NCBI RefSeq assembly: GCF_009914755.1
Contig: NC_060936.1
Source: the human T2T-CHM13v2.0 reference genome, Homo sapiens
Length of the DNA: 64,000 nt
Reading direction: 5' to 3' (one strand)
Shown here: in pieces, positions 63,163-64,000 of the stretch
Position numbering within the stretch: position 1 is the first letter of the stretch
How the letters are laid out: each line of letters begins with the position of its first letter
Program-made: the position numbers and the translations under genes
Notes under the pieces: generated by a model
What the model was told of the DNA's origin: nothing
What the model saw: only the letters and a program-made list of their open reading frames with translations
Database searches by the model: none

Positions 63163-63533
63163 GTACTCCTAGAATTCAAAGTGAATTAACTTAAAAAAAA
63201 AACTTCTTAAATTGAAGAACTTCATATTAAAGTTAAATGGGAGAAGAGAGTTACAATGTGTAAAATCATTATGCAGCATATGCCTTCTTCAAATGAACAA
63301 CAAAAAGAGAGCACAAGGTATGAAATGGCAATTTACAGATGGCTAACAAAAAGCTAACAAGTATATGTATAGATAATCAACTTTTGCACAGAAATGCAAA
63401 ATGAAACATAAATTATACTGTTCTTTACATTCATCAGAGGGGTGAATGTTTGAAAAGTAGATAATGTCAAGAGTTAGTAAGGATGCTTGGGGACTGGGAG
63501 CTTCATGAATTACTGATAGAATTGTCAACTAGC

Positions 63534-63833
63534 GGACGGGCACATTGGCTCACAGTGTAATCCCAGCACTTTGGGAGGCTGAGGTGGGCGGATCACGAGG
63601 TCGGGAGATGGAGACCATCCTGGCTAACATGGTGAAACCCCGTCTCTACTAAAAAAAAAAATACAAAAAATTAGCCAGGCGTGGTAGCGGGCGCCTGTAG
63701 TCCCAGCTACTCGGGAGGCTGGGCAGGAGAATGGTATGAACCCGGTGGAGCTTGCAGTGAGCCGAGATCACACCACTGCACTCCAGCCTGGGCGACAGAG
63801 CGAGACTCCGTCTCAAAAAAAAAAAAAAAAAAA
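63534..63833 (+). mobile_element. AluY-like
   Basis: gatcacgaggtc, atcctggctaaca, gggcgcctgtagtccc, ggagcttgcagtgag; TSD gtcaactag. Confidence 0.9.
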
Positions 63834-63858
63834 GTCAACTAGTATGGCCATGTTGACA

Positions 63859-63967
63859 TGAATTTTGCCAATAATTTAGTGACACATTAACCTAGTATCC
63901 CATGCAAACCCAGTGAATTTTGGCAATAATTTAGTGAAATATTAATCAAGTATCCCGCATAAACCAG
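63859..63967. repeat. Diverged 55-bp tandem duplication
   Basis: tgaattttg(c/g)caataatttagtga...agtatccc...aaac(c)cag occurs twice. Confidence 0.85.
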
Positions 63968-64000
63968 CTATCCCATTCCTATGTATAAACAGTAGGGCAA

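Larger units (their letters stand above)
62600..64000 (+). mobile_element. Ancient L1ME-type fragments hosting two Alus
   Basis: cagatggctaacaaa...gaaatgcaaaatgaaac...gataatgtcaagagttagtaaggatg...gctatcccattcctatgtata. Confidence 0.55.

Overview
AT-rich, repeat-dense primate intergenic/intronic DNA. It is most likely human, because it carries an Alu with all five AluYa5 diagnostics. I find no supportable host protein-coding exon, RNA gene, CpG island or CRISPR array, and every long ORF in the track comes from a transposable element or is a chance frame. Main content: two young L1PA insertions with 5' inversions (twin priming; about 5.07-9.25 kb and 55.67-59.15 kb), a tail-less internal L1 ORF2 fragment (40.84-41.32 kb), a truncated ERV1 provirus (MER51-type LTR, tRNA-Arg PBS, degenerate gag-pro-RT with a duplicated and apparently MA-deleted gag start; 42.3-46.3 kb), an ERVL internal remnant, many MaLR/ERV LTRs, about 10 Alus, hAT and Tigger MITEs, and old L1M/L2/MIR pieces. 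I cannot support a new biological system here. The best leads are mechanistic: both inverted L1s flipped at the same CAGC(C)AAAA motif, which their target sites also carry; the young L1 copies share non-consensus A>C/T>G changes; there is an AT-rich palindrome with perfect 33-bp arms; and there are several non-canonical insertion/deletion junctions. Repeat family names come from remembered consensus sequences rather than a search, and boundaries of old elements are approximate.
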